A DNA stretch of 62,927 nucleotides, the filler included, from Asterionella formosa (Eukaryota): NCBI GenBank assembly GCA_002256025.1. It is 15 parts of 15 records of this genome, joined end to end, with 100 filler letters (N's around TTAATTAATTAA, not from the genome) between each part and the next. Parts side by side here need not be neighbours in the genome. Positions count along the whole stretch, not along the records: positions 46,516 to 62,927 come from NKIB01004927.1; 14 more parts are not named here. The stretch is one strand, 5' to 3'. Both the position numbers and the translations under genes were made by a program. Under the pieces are notes generated by a model. That model saw only the letters and a program-made list of their open reading frames with translations, made no database searches and was not told where the DNA came from. Of the stretch, positions 49,501 through 61,419 are shown in pieces. Position 1 is the first letter of the stretch. Each line of letters opens with the position of its first letter.

Positions 49501-49644
49501 TATCATTGGTCTAGAGAGTACATGTCATCAGGTGATATTGAAATCTTAAAGATTGCAACTACGAAACAACTTGGGGACATTTTCGCAAAGGGTTTAGTAG
49601 CAGAGAAATTTACAGCAATACGCAAGTTACTATGCGGATGGTAG
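46516..49644 (+). mobile_element. Degenerate Ty1/copia pol (pre-integrase, integrase, RT, RNase H)
   Basis: WHYKLGHLG, CAACEYGKA, YMTDNGTF, GAHHQNGAAERSI, GTWAFKRKRFPDG...KARFCVHGDKQ, YVDSDFAG, MEAEY and KHIAVAYHW...LLCGW*. There are many frameshifts, and the RT YVDD block is deleted near 48745. Polypurine tract GAGAGGGAG at 49663-49671 precedes a probable 3' LTR. Confidence 0.93.
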
Positions 49645-51257
49645 CAACATGCTGCTTTTGCTGAGAGGGAGAGTTGAAACATGTAGAGATTCCTGATTCC
49701 AGATCAGGTTATGAGAGTGTCAATATATTTTCGTCTCTAGTGACCTGATTACTAGGAACATGTACCACGATCCACTAGATGATTGATTCAAGGACACATG
49801 GTTAAATATCGCGTGTAAAATGCCACAGTTGAGAGAGGAACTTTCAGGAGAAGTTCTCTCTAACCTTTTAAATGGACTCTAGAAGACGATCATACCTAGA
49901 GGCCAAATCAATAAATGATTGACTAGACAATTACAGATATGACCGCAAAATCAAGGAACATTAAAGAAGCAAACTAGATATGATCTAGTTATGATTAACA
50001 GGATCATTCTGTAAGCGGTCTTCGATCAAACAGCATCTGGCCTAAGTTGAGACAGGCCAAGATTAAGACAAATGTGTATTTAGCTAGGAAGAGGATGTAG
50101 TTTGCTTATTCTCAGTTCGAGTTGGGAACACAAATGAACCTCGCCTCTGAAGATCACCTCTATTTTGAAAGATGCATGCTGAGCTTGGAATTTTCAAAAC
50201 AAATTTACATTTACATTAAGCTCACTCATTTATAAAAACAACTTTTAGCAAACAAAGTAAAACAAACAAATTGTGCGTGTAGAAACATTTTTCTAGCAAC
50301 TTTTACTGCGTGAGAGCTACAGATACTTAGCATCTACCAACTTTTGGTCGTATTATTACTGAATAATATAATGCTACAGGTATTTAAATTTGTTCAGGTC
50401 AGAATCTTGAAAACGAGAAAAGTTGAGGTATTAATTACGGTATATGCAAATGACAGGGTATCCGAGGCAGTGACATGCCGGTACCTGGTACCAGGTACCA
50501 GGTACCAAGTACGAGTGCGTGCGGTACCACTGGAAGGTCCGATAAAACACTTTTTTACTTCGAAAACGAGAAAGCTATATATCTCGACCACTGGACCTCC
50601 TTCCCGGGAGCATCTGGACTCCAGGTACTTAGTACTGGTAACTGGTACCTGGTACCATAATTCGCATGGAATGATAGATAGCTACCAGTTACCAGTAATA
50701 AATACCTGTAGTAAACCTAACAAGTTATTAACCCTTGTCATCGTTCTGCCAATTACGGCAATACTCATGTGATGCTTTTATCTAGAGACTTCTGTACAGG
50801 TAGACTACCGGTATGCATCAGTCATTTGTTGGCTAGGATTTTAGCCTATACATACTATAATGATGTGCTGGACTACGAATTGGACTGTTCATACATATCA
50901 TTACTTATGTGTTGGCCAACTCTCCTTAAACCGCCAGGGTAGTGTAATCAATCGGCTGCTATCCCAAATGAAGCTACACTTATTACATTTTGCAATTCCT
51001 TGGCCATTTTGCAGGCCCTTCCGGTTCGAATCAATTCACCTTCGTCGATTGACATGGATTATGTTGACAATGGTGATTCGTCACTCATGACTGTAGCATT
51101 CAGCAAGATTTGCATCGATAGTACCCAAATTTATGACATCAAGAGCTGCAATACATATACTATGGGTTAAGGCTACAACCAGGGGACCAGGAAGTTATAC
51201 GTTCTCGATAGTAGTCGCAAATAATCGTGCACGGAACAAGAACATTTAGAGGCTCCC

Positions 51258-52025
51258 CTAAACTTCTCCACTCTTCGCTTTGCGTCGCCTCTTTCGCTTG
51301 TTCTCACCTACTGCTTCATCGTTAGTCGTTCTCTTCTTGGATTTGCAACTAAGAGGGTTGGGACCGCTTGGCTTTTTCGATACTCGCCTTTGGGAATAGT
51401 CCGACTGCTTTAGGCGAATGATACGTTGCTCATCACGGACAGCATCTACCAGAGCCGTTTCTTGTTTGGTAACACTTCCGGCCACGGTCCACTTTTTATT
51501 TTCCACAAAAGACGCCTGTTGCATTGATGCCTTACTCGGATTTTCCAACAGTAATACGCCCCGTGACAAACGAAGTAAAGGCGCCGACCCGTTGCTTCTA
51601 AGAATATCAAGGAGTGTTTCATCTTGCGAGGCAACAATGTATCCAGGGTGAGTCGCAACATGTTTCAGAACGTCTTTTCCCGGCTCTCCCAATTGGTCAT
51701 TGTCAATGTCCGCTTTGGGAACAATTTCAAGAATTTCGTCAGTCTCATCCAAACCCCACTGTCGTGCTTGCTGGAAAATCTCCTTGTTCTGTGGCGCCAA
51801 ATCCGCCAATTTCTCAAGTTCCTTCAAAGCAGATCTGGTGACGTACAGTGTGAACTTTCCGTGTTGCAATGTTCGGTCTAATCGATCGCGGAGTGGCACT
51901 TTCTGAGTCAGCATGGCGACAAGGAACGTTCCATCAAGAATGATGTGATAGGGCGCAGTGAGTCCTAATGACCTTTGAAAGAATTGAAGCGTCTTTCTCG
52001 CGTGCTTGGCTCTACCATATCTCAT
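51258..52025 (-). CDS. UTP23: rRNA-processing protein UTP23 (PIN/Fcf1-like), 255 aa
   Basis: MRYGRAKHARKTLQFF...PYHIILDGTF...VT.SAL.ELE.L...YIVASQD..L, with C-terminal GPNPLSCKSKK and KRKRRRK. Confidence 0.9.
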   Translation of the reverse strand: MRYGRAKHARKTLQFFQRSLGLTAPYHIILDGTFLVAMLTQKVPLRDRLDRTLQHGKFTLYVTRSALKELEKLADLAPQNKEIFQQARQWGLDETDEILEIVPKADIDNDQLGEPGKDVLKHVATHPGYIVASQDETLLDILRSNGSAPLLRLSRGVLLLENPSKASMQQASFVENKKWTVAGSVTKQETALVDAVRDEQRIIRLKQSDYSQRRVSKKPSGPNPLSCKSKKRTTNDEAVGENKRKRRRKAKSGEV

Positions 52026-52401
52026 GATAACTCTATGATTGTTTGTGAGTGTATGTAATAGTCCAGAAGTTAACCAAATCAATTCATATGTCTGCAAATA
52101 AAACAGGCAATATCCTCCATGAAAGGAAAAGAGCGAATAATTGCTTTATATATTAGAATTGCCAACGAACTGATCGCAGCATCACCAAATACTGGTGTTG
52201 TCTTCCGAGCGAAGGGAATCGCAATTTAATATGGGTGGTGGCGACATCTAATATCCCTATGTAGTACCAGGTACCAGGTATGGTACCAGGTACCTTCTAT
52301 ATGTACGCATAGCATGAAGAAAACAGACCTAAACGCACTTCTCATTTTTCGTAACTTGCTTTTGTGCCCGTGGTACCAGCAAGTTGCAGTCATTCGAAAA
52401 A

Positions 52402-52438
52402 GGTATCAATTTTGTATCAATGATACAAAATTGATACC
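52402..52438. repeat. Perfect palindrome with 18-bp arms and a 1-nt centre
   Basis: GGTATCAATTTTGTATCA-A-TGATACAAAATTGATACC. Confidence 0.95.
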
Positions 52439-53063
52439 ATCAAGTTACCGTTGCTGATACCGTGTTTTGATACCAACCGTCACTTTTTGCCCGCAACCCG
52501 GAAATGATACAGCAAATTCGGAATGATAAGAACGATTAGTTTCAGCATAATTAACGACCAGGGACCGTTACCTGGTACTACCTGATACCTGGTTCCAGTG
52601 TACCAGTCGTATGAAAGACATAAACCGGTATGCATACCTGTAAGAATATGTATTAGCTCTATGCATGTACTGTTATATCGCTCGCTGAACTGGGGGAGGT
52701 AACAAACGGTTATTGAGGAGTACCTGGTATGTACTCAAGACGGTCTAATGCAATCGCCATGCAGACACTGGATATTTCGAAGGAGTGCATTGTGTACGTG
52801 GTCGAAACTTGCTTCCGTGCATCGTACCGGAATATTTAGGTAATTATACGGAGTATTTTTCGTTGAGCAAGTGAGAAAGAGTGTCGTCATTCATTTCTTT
52901 CGTCAATGAATCATAGTATCAGATTCAGCTACACTCCTCAACCCCTCCAGACTAAAATGCACTCGAGCAAGAACGACAATAAGTGAAATATTTTAGGACT
53001 CGTCTACCTTGAGCACTACATATTGTCAAGGCAATTCCAAATCATCATCACCACTACCCCGTT

Positions 53064-55474
53064 ATGTACATCTCGGTAGCGACGACGGTGTTGCTGTTGA
53101 CAGCCAGCTCGGTGGCCTTTACGGCACCACAAGGTGTCATGTTCAAGCCATGTAACGCCGCCAGGTCTCGGTTGTTCGCCGCCACGGAAGAACGAAAGAT
53201 AGTCGGAGCCGACGATGGAATCGATTACATCATGCCAAACTGGAAGGCGCCCATCGAAATGATAGATCTTGCCGAAATGATTGAGCTTGAAGCAGATATG
53301 GCTGTCGAGGAAATGATTGACGAGACTTGCGAAGTTGGCGACGAAGGCGAAGCTGTCGACGAAGTTTGTGTCAACGAAGGAAAGAAATCTGGTTTTCGAA
53401 ACCGTATGAAGGCCATGATCCAGAACTCTATGATGAGCCTCCGAAGTGACGACACTGAGGAGTGGGATCCGGACATACCGGAAGGAGAGATTTTAGAAAA
53501 AGGATGGGAAAAGAGAGGAAACTCGAGCGCGTTGAGACGAAATGCCGAAGTCTGGAAGTTTGCTCTTCTATGCGTCGTCAAGGCCTTAAAGCCTCGGAAG
53601 TTGCGCAAGAAGGGAGCCGCAGATGCGGAAATCAAGAAAGCACAAGACGAAGCTGCCGTATTTATTAGAGATGGACTGTTGCGTCTTGGACCTACCTTTG
53701 TCAAATTGGGGCAAGTGTTGTCTACTCGAACGGATGTCTTGCCCAAGGAATACACCGATGTATTGAAGTCTCTGCAGGATGAAGTTCCAGCATTCAGCAG
53801 TGCTCGTGCCAAGGAAATTATTGGAAAGGAGCTTGGAAAGCCATGCGATGTCATCTTCCAGGAATTCTCGGATGAGCCTTTGAAGGCTGCTTCGTTGGGG
53901 CAGGTTCATACTGCTATGTACAAGGGCAAGAAAGTGGCTATTAAGGTCCAAAGAGCTGGGTTAAAGGAACTCTTTGATGTCGATCTCAAGAATCTTAAGA
54001 AGCTTGCCTCCCTTCTCGATAAATTTGACCCAAAGTCTGATGGTGCAGACCGAAACTGGGTCAGCATCTACGAAGAGAGTGAGCGACTGCTCTACCTTGA
54101 GATTGATTACTTGAACGAAGCCAAAAATGGCGAACGTTTCGCTCAAGACTTCAAGAATATTGATTACGTCCGTGTGCCCAAGTTCTACCTTTCGTTATCG
54201 ACTCCTCGAGTATTAACCATGGAGTTTGTGGAATCTTTTAAGTTGACAGACTTTGACGAAATCGAGCGTCAAGGACTAGACCGGAAAGATCTTGCGAAAA
54301 AGACTGCTGATGCTTTTCTGAGACAGATTGTTGAGACTTCCTATTTTCATTGTGGTATGTTCCTGCTTGTATTGAGTTTTCCTTTGCCATCTTTGTCGCT
54401 ATGGGAGTTCTGACCGTTTCTGCCTTACCTATGTTATTTTCTCTAATGTCGTAGATCCACACCCTGGGTGAGTATCTTCGACGCATAAAAAAATTGCTTG
54501 CCCTAAACGGAACGCGAGCCACAATGTTGCAGTAAGGTAAATCTTAGAAAAGTTCATCTAACCATTTCGTTTTCACTATCAATCCATTCAGAAATCTCTG
54601 CGTCGACAAGAAAGGCAATTTGGTTTACTACGATTTCGGAATGATGGACGAACTGAAGCCCAATGTTCGAAGCGGTTTCCGCAAGTTCTGCACAGCTCTT
54701 TTTGCTGGAGGGCCAACCATTGCAGATGTGGACTTGGCCAAAAATGCCAAAATGTTGGTCGACGGCGTCGAAGAAGCTGGTGTGTTAGCCAAGGGTGCGG
54801 ATCGTTTGGCCGTTGAGAAGTTGGCTCGGTACTTTATGCGTTCTTTCAAGGACAAACAATTGGGCAAGAAGTCCGCCAACATTAAGTCAACGATTGGGAA
54901 TGATCTTCAAACTCTGACAGAAAGCAATGTATTCCGCTTCCCCAGCACGTTTACGTTTATTTTCCGCGCATTCGCCAGCGTTGACGGTATTGGTAAAGGA
55001 TTGGATTCTCAATATGATATCGGAAAGCTGGCCCAGCCTTTCATCGAGAAGTTCACTGAAGCCCAGAAAGGCTATTCCAGTAAAGCTGAAAAGAATATAT
55101 CCATATTTTCCAAGGCCACTGGATTAAATACAGAGGATATCAATACCGCTATCACTTCACCACGAAAAATTGCTTATATCGAGGAGACGTTGAGAAGTAT
55201 GGAAAATGGCGCCCTCAAGATTCGTGTGCGATCACTTGAGAACGAAAAGGCTCTTGAGCGAATGGCTTTGACAAACGGAAGAATGGAGAACCTTTTGATG
55301 GCCTCAGTTTTATTGAACACAGCAGCCCTCATGGCTCGACCATTTTTCCGTGCTGCAAGTGTGGCTGGGGCTCTGTTCTTCGCACTGCAAGCATTTGTCG
55401 CAAGCTCGAAGGTAAAGAAGTTCGACAAGACACAGGCTAAGTTTGTCCAGCAAAAGTTTGTTGGTGATGAGTGA
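53064..55474 (+). CDS. Plastid-targeted ABC1/UbiB atypical kinase (ABC1K7/ABC1K8-like), 728 aa; exons 53064-54354, 54455-54467 and 54592-55474
   Basis: Signal peptide with SVA|FTAP (ASAFAP type). Kinase motifs LGPTFVKLGQVLSTRTD, AASLGQVH, VAIKVQR, EIDYLNEA, FHC|DPHPG|NL and YYDFGMM. Both introns are GT-AG, and the exon lengths sum to 2187 nt (in frame). Confidence 0.95.
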
Positions 55475-55899
55475 GACGCAAAGGTATTCGTGCGGATAAA
55501 TATTAGATTTTGTAATGATAAACGTAAAAACATCCACGTACGTCAGAAAATATATTACGCTTCCCGATTGCTCATCTTTGAGCCTGATTTATGTGCCAGT
55601 TTCCTCAAGCTCATTTGTAAGTACATGGCGTAAGTGTTAAAGTTACTTCTATCCGTCTTAGTCCACTCCATGAATGCACTGTCTAATGGCGACCATTGCA
55701 CGATGGATTTATTTGTCAGATATCCCAAGTTGTTTTCAGTTTGCTGTTCACCCATGAGGGAATCCACTAAAGCTAGTCAAGGCTGAAGGAGATGGTGATA
55801 ATACTAGTGTCATGTGTAGCAAATATGGTCTTATCCATTCATTAAGATGAGCTTAATAATCTAGATAAATGTAAATGTAAAGAGAACCCTGATCTTGGA

Positions 55900-56950
55900 A
55901 AAATCTTGGATACACAAGTCACCCTCTTGATAAAGAAGCTACATCCTGAGATGCACAAGCCACAGATCCCAACAAATAGCACTGCTAAACGGGACCCATG
56001 CCTTTGCCAGCTGCAAGTGCAGCATAAATACCAGGGAGAGCATCCTGTCTTGTTATCTACCATGGTGATGGGCTAGAGCTTTGCCACCTGTACTACTCCC
56101 CAGCGCTTTGTGAATGTCTTATGCTTTGAAGCTTGTTCCTGTTCCTGGGACTGCCTCATTGGTGCACCAAGATCATTTGCAATGATAGCATTGATTCCAC
56201 TAGTGCTTCTATGTTGCTGGCTTGCTTGTGCTGCCCCCTCCTGGCCAGGTCATGCACGTGGTGCTTCAAAAGTGCTTCATCCATGGCTAGGATGGCGGGG
56301 GGCTCCAGTCCACAACTGAGACCAGAGATTCCATTGACTCCCACCACTACTGCCTTAAACAAGTTCTCTACTAGCCCTTTCTGGGCAATAATGGGCAACA
56401 AGAATGTTAGTAAGGCCTTGAGTGGTATGCCATGCTCAGCTAGGAAGTAGGGCCAAGATGTGGGGCACACAAATGCCAAACCAAACCTGCACGGCTGCTT
56501 TGGTGTCTGGCTGGGCACTCATTTGTGCCATCATGACAGGCATGTAACTGGCCTGTAAATTGTCGGAGAAACATTATTGTAGGACTGCTTCCATGGCTGT
56601 TGTTGGTACTTTTGTTAAAGGAGCCTTGTGAAAAAATGTGCTGGGTAGTTCGACTGTATATGCCCCATCTCTGACCAATCCATGTCCATTGCAAAGTACT
56701 TGCTTTCCCATCAGGTGGCTGGCTGGCCTAGCCCGGCTGCAATGTAGGAGAAGAACTGGTGTATGGTTGTCACTTGCTTGTCCACTAGATGTTATATCAG
56801 TAAAGACATGTATGGCTGGGGTGTTGCTGGGTAAACAACACCAAGTTTGCCTGCACATCAGTAGGTGTGGGGACACCTAGGCTGGTGGTGGTAGTGAATG
56901 CTCTAGGTCTTTTAGTTTCATGAGTCATGAGAGTGTTGTAGCAGTATTGC
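55900..56950 (-). pseudogene. Highly degenerate tyrosine-recombinase remnant (DIRS/Ngaro-like retroelement)
   Basis: The minus strand shows, in the expected order, PPPA*VSP (cf. DPPP.RVKP), FF../LQPG* (cf. FFFLLRPGEY), FLAEHGIP (cf. HLR.HGAP) and a PGG-like stretch (cf. SLR.GGAT). All are broken by indels. Confidence 0.4.
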
Positions 56951-57301
56951 AAGTGGTAGCAGGACTGGCAAACAGTAGTGGGGTAATGTTGTTCACTTTG
57001 TAGGTACCAGGTACCAACACCAGTACTCCTAGCTACTTGTTTGGGAAGCACTGCCAGCTTACTGTACCAGGTTCTTACTGAACATATTCATTCTCCACAT
57101 GAAAAAAATTGGATCACTCAAATGTATCACGAATTTTCAACGGTTACAGGCTGGCTACAGCATGTGCTTTTCCCTCCTAACTAGTAATGAAAACATGTAG
57201 GAAACACAATCTACGCATAGTGATGTACTTGATATATTATATAGACTACCGATATATGTACTGGTAGTTTGGTCTGCACCATAAATTATAAATATACATA
57301 A

Positions 57302-58330
57302 ATGAATCATTTCGTCACTGCTCAATGATGAAGACAACCATTATTAGTATCTGAGTGAAGTTGATGATTCCATTTTCAATGATGACAATGATGACAAGAA
57401 TAATGCATTAACAATTTCTTTCTCCTTTGCCATGGAGCTCTGGAAAATGGAAAAGAAGCGGCAAAAAGGAAGGCCAAATTTGGCTCAGCTGAGCCAATCT
57501 ATCCACAAATTGTGTAAACGATTGGCATTCGATGAGTGGCTGGAAGCAGCTACATCGATATTCGACATGCCTATGGATGCAGCATTGGCCCAATACACTG
57601 ATGCCGAGATCTATTCCTTGACACTGTGCTCAACTGTGAGAAACTCAAAATTGTTTTCCCAGAAACAAGGAGTGATTTGATCACATCGACTTAAGCCTTT
57701 AAAAAATAGAGTACAGAAGGGTTGCTTGATCAGAGAGTGTGTCAGTGCAATTAACGGTTTTCTAGACGCAATAAGCCGCCCCATGCTATGTGACTGTGGA
57801 AACAATCCTGGGGCTTTTTATTCAGGCCATTACATGACTTATGGGATCAATGTTCAGGCAGTCTGTGATGTTGAGAGTAGATTTACAATCTTTGGTGTGA
57901 TTGTCTTGCTCCTGGGAAATGCAGTGACCAAGTTGCATTTCAGAGAACTTCCCTCCCCAACCGAATTGCATTGTTTGATACAGGTTTCTATCTTGTTGGT
58001 AATGCTGTATACAGATTGTTGGATTTCATATAAGTTCCATTTGTTGGTTCCTAGCGTGATGACAGATCACAGGATGCCTACAATTTCTCTCTTTCCCAGC
58101 AAAGGATTAGGATAGAAATGGCTTTTGGTTGATTACAGACAAAATGGGGCTTTCTGAAAAGGAACTTAACAACTGGCTTGGAAACAACAGCAAAAACTCT
58201 AGAAGTATGTGCAAGACTACACAACTGTGTCATCAATGAAAAGATATTTGATAAAGATATGTCAGGGTAAACTGAAACTGATTAGACAGATGGCATCCAT
58301 TCTTTTGACAATGATGTTGGGGCAGTATCA
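57302..58330 (+). pseudogene. PIF/Harbinger (DDE_Tnp_4) transposase pseudogene
   Basis: ECVSAINGFL...AFYSGHYMTYGINVQAVCD..SRF; PGKCSDQVAF; YLVGNAVY; DAYNFSLSQQRIRIEMAFG*LQTKWGFLK; CARLHNCVIN. Confidence 0.85.
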
Positions 58331-58439
58331 ATACTCTCACGGAAATCAGTTTCAGTGCTTTCACGAAAGGCATATGAAAGCAACAATGGTACAACAAAGT
58401 TTAAAAAGTGAGGAACCTGACATAACCAAAGATGGTATT

Positions 58440-59089
58440 AATATATGAAGGGACAAAACCAAACAAAGTTGACAAAATCATCATGGCTTCTTCCTGAGGA
58501 TTTCTTGTTGTTTCGATAAGCCAATTGATACAAGTGATGGTTGATGTACACCATGACAATCGAAAAATCTTTGGATGACATGCATGACATCATATTTCTT
58601 TGCATAATCAGCATCAATTCCAACTTGGTTCCAGCATTCATTTTCAGAAAATACTAGAATGGTGCAGTCATCATCATCATCAAGATATGTAACTAAAAGT
58701 CTGTCGAAAATATATTTGTGCCGAAATCTCCTTGCATCAAGTTCAGCCATGGTGGGTAGCTGCCCTAGCTTAGAAACATCACTGCGATGTTTTTCGCACA
58801 TGTATACATTGATAACAATAAAGTATGTGTTGGTGCAAGTCACAGCATCTGGGAATGTTGACTTTGCTTGTGTCGTCTATTGTTTCGTTTTTTACTGGAG
58901 GGGACACTTCTTCATCTTCGTAATCATCATTGAATCCAATGACCAACGGTTTTTACTCTCCTGATATTGGCTGTTGTTCTTTTTCATTCTTGTCATAATC
59001 ATCTTTGCTTTTGTTTTCCTCATCATTTATGGAAGCATCAAATTTTCTGTCATCTTCACAATCACGATGTTTATCTTTCTCATCGACAT
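58440..59089 (-). pseudogene. Convergent accessory ORF of the Harbinger element (degenerate)
   Basis: K/E-rich start, then LGQLPTMAELD...SGRSHDDFVNFV, lying tail-to-tail with the transposase as in two-gene Harbinger elements. Confidence 0.45.
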
Positions 59090-59729
59090 TGAAAGTCCTT
59101 GATTAAATTTTCTGTGACAAGCTGTCTCTCTTCAAAAGTCGAACAATCTAACATATAGTCGTGAACGCTTTCGTCGCATTTTTGTATCCAGAAAATTTGT
59201 ATCTGACGCCAAATTTCCGCAAAATCTTAACAGTTGAAAGTCGCAGGACCTCCGTGCTATGGTATAAAACAATTTCAATTCCTTAAGGCAGCATGGCAGC
59301 ACATTACCTATTTTTATGAGCATTCCCTGTTCACATGGTGGAGATGAGTGAAACTGTGAAACATTGCTTGGTTCTGTACATTTTTGTATAGGATGAGAAA
59401 TATAAAAATATAACTTGGAGGTATTATTTTTGTGATGTCAATAAATAGCGTCGACTCAGTGATGATTTCCCGGTATATATATAACATGCTATTATACACA
59501 GTCAGTACAGAATAATTTGAGTGAGAACAAATCATATGCCAGCCAAATACATTTAAAAATTTGAATGTATACATTACTGTATGATCATATGAAACACAAA
59601 TTTCATATAATCAATACGCATTGCACAGCCAAAATTTTGAAAAATGGGAAAGTATACATTTCTGAATGATCATATAAATCGAAAAATAACGGCTTTTATG
59701 CTATTGTATGTACAATTTACCAGCACTAT

Positions 59730-60268
59730 AGACCAATAGAGGGTCAACCTTGAATTGAAAAAAGTTGTCACCTTGTATTGTGACTAATAACCTTGTCTTG
59801 GGATGAGACAGTACCGCCAAAACCCAATAGAGGGACAACCTCGAATTGGAAAATATTGTCACCTTGTATTGGAAATTATTTTCTTGTATTGGAACTCATG
59901 ACCTTGTTGTATTGGGACATGACATAGTACGGCCAAAATCCAATTCAGGGGCAACGTTGAATTGCAAAATGTCGCCACCTTGTATTGGATGATATTCTCA
60001 TGACAAATAAAGGAATACCTTGAATTAGAGTGATACCTGGATACGTTTTCATCTTGTATGTACCTTTACATACCTACCTTTCGCCAAAACAAGGTGAACC
60101 TTGTATTGGAATGGTATATCACCTTACATTAAAAAATCAAATAACTGATACCTTTTATCGGAAAACATTGAGACGCCCAATACAAGGTGTGCCTGGATTT
60201 GGAGGACCAAAATCGGTTGAAAACGTACCAGAAATTTCCAATACAGGGTGCTTTCGTTTCCTCTGTGG
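59730..60268. repeat. Array of imperfect ACCTTGTATTGG / CCAATACAAGGT motifs in both orientations (subterminal-repeat-like)
   Basis: More than ten variants, for example near 59770, 59861, 59977, 60098, 60177 and 60238. The array ends at ...TTTCCTCTGTG (CACAG on the minus strand). Confidence 0.75.
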
Positions 60269-60300
60269 TGGTCACAGCATCAATAATTTACCTTTTCTGA

Positions 60301-60460
60301 TTTGCTGATTCAACTAGAAATCTGCTGACAATGATTAGAATTTGCTGATAGCAGCAAGAATTTGCTGACTATGACTAGAAACTGCTGATTACAAGCATAA
60401 ACTGCCAACTATGACTCAAAACTGCTGACTTTGAGTTGAAAGTGCTGACTATGATAAGAA
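60301..60460 (+). repeat. Minisatellite, 8 x 20 bp
   Basis: Approximate consensus (T/A)(T/C)TGCTGACTATGACTAGAA with a 20-bp period. Confidence 0.85.
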
Positions 60461-60749
60461 GTTCTAACTCGTTTTTTCAAGTGGTTAATTCCATTAGCAA
60501 ACCGTCATCCAGTTGCTGAATACCATTACCAATAGTAGTATGGTAGTGAACATGATTTCCAATATCAGAACACAACTTGGATTTGATGAAGGATAGTTTA
60601 ACATTGAAGTAAGTTGCTTAAGAGAGTTTGGAATGAAAAGCAAGTCTATCTCATCCAGCAGGCATGAGATGATCCATTGGGAGTGCATCGAAACTGAAAA
60701 GGAGCGCAAAAAATTTGCACTACTGGACCTTCGTGGTACCCTGATACCT

Positions 60750-60838
60750 GCAAGTTGCGGTAATCTTGCGGAACTGAAGATTTAGCTGTCTTTATCCGAG
60801 ATTAAATTGTTTATTTAAGCGACATGACCGCAACTTGC
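60750..60838. mobile_element. MITE copy (16242 family)
   Basis: TACCT-GCAAGTTGCGGTAATCTTGC...CATGACCGCAACTTGC. Confidence 0.85.
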
Positions 60839-61329
60839 TCTGATACCTTGTAACCAGGTATCAGGTACCTGGTACCTGGTACCACTCCTCGTCCACCATT
60901 CGATGCACAAAAAATCATCGCCGCTATGTATGTTCTACCGGTACTCCTAGTAGTAGTACTGTGGTAGGAGTACCAGGTACCTGGTACATTCCGGTATATA
61001 AGCCCAAAGATCTTCATCCGTTGGATCCTATCCTACAAGACATTGCTTCGTCATCATCATGTTTCGTGATGCCGTATGTAACAGGTACGAGAAAATAATC
61101 GGAGAGAAATGAGATTTAACTTAGTTTCTGTACCAGAACAGCAGGGTACCTGGTACCTGGTACCAGATACGACACATGTACAATCTAATAAGAACATACG
61201 ATATCACTGACGCAGTTGAACCTTTTTTGCGACCTGGCTGTCTATCATACCAACCGGAACATTTACACCATGTCGTATGTAAATGCAACCTGGTATTGAT
61301 GGATTACGGAGTACTGGTACTGGTACCTT

Positions 61330-61419
61330 GCAAGTTGCGGTAATTTTGCTGAAACTAAAGATTTAGCTATCTTTATCCTTGATTAAAATGTTAGTTGAAG
61401 CAAAATGACCGCAACTTGC
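61330..61419. mobile_element. MITE copy (16242 family)
   Basis: GCAAGTTGCGGTAATTTTGCT...AGCAAAATGACCGCAACTTGC; the 21-bp TIRs have one mismatch. Confidence 0.88.

Noticed and set aside
45788..49644. gag (45788) and pol (46516) as one intact retrotransposon
   Set aside because: They lie on different contigs separated by a linker, and both are disrupted.
53225..53854. 209-aa antisense ORF within ABC1K, and similar shadows over PMM, the RCC1 gene and UTP23
   Set aside because: These are antisense shadows of well-supported genes.
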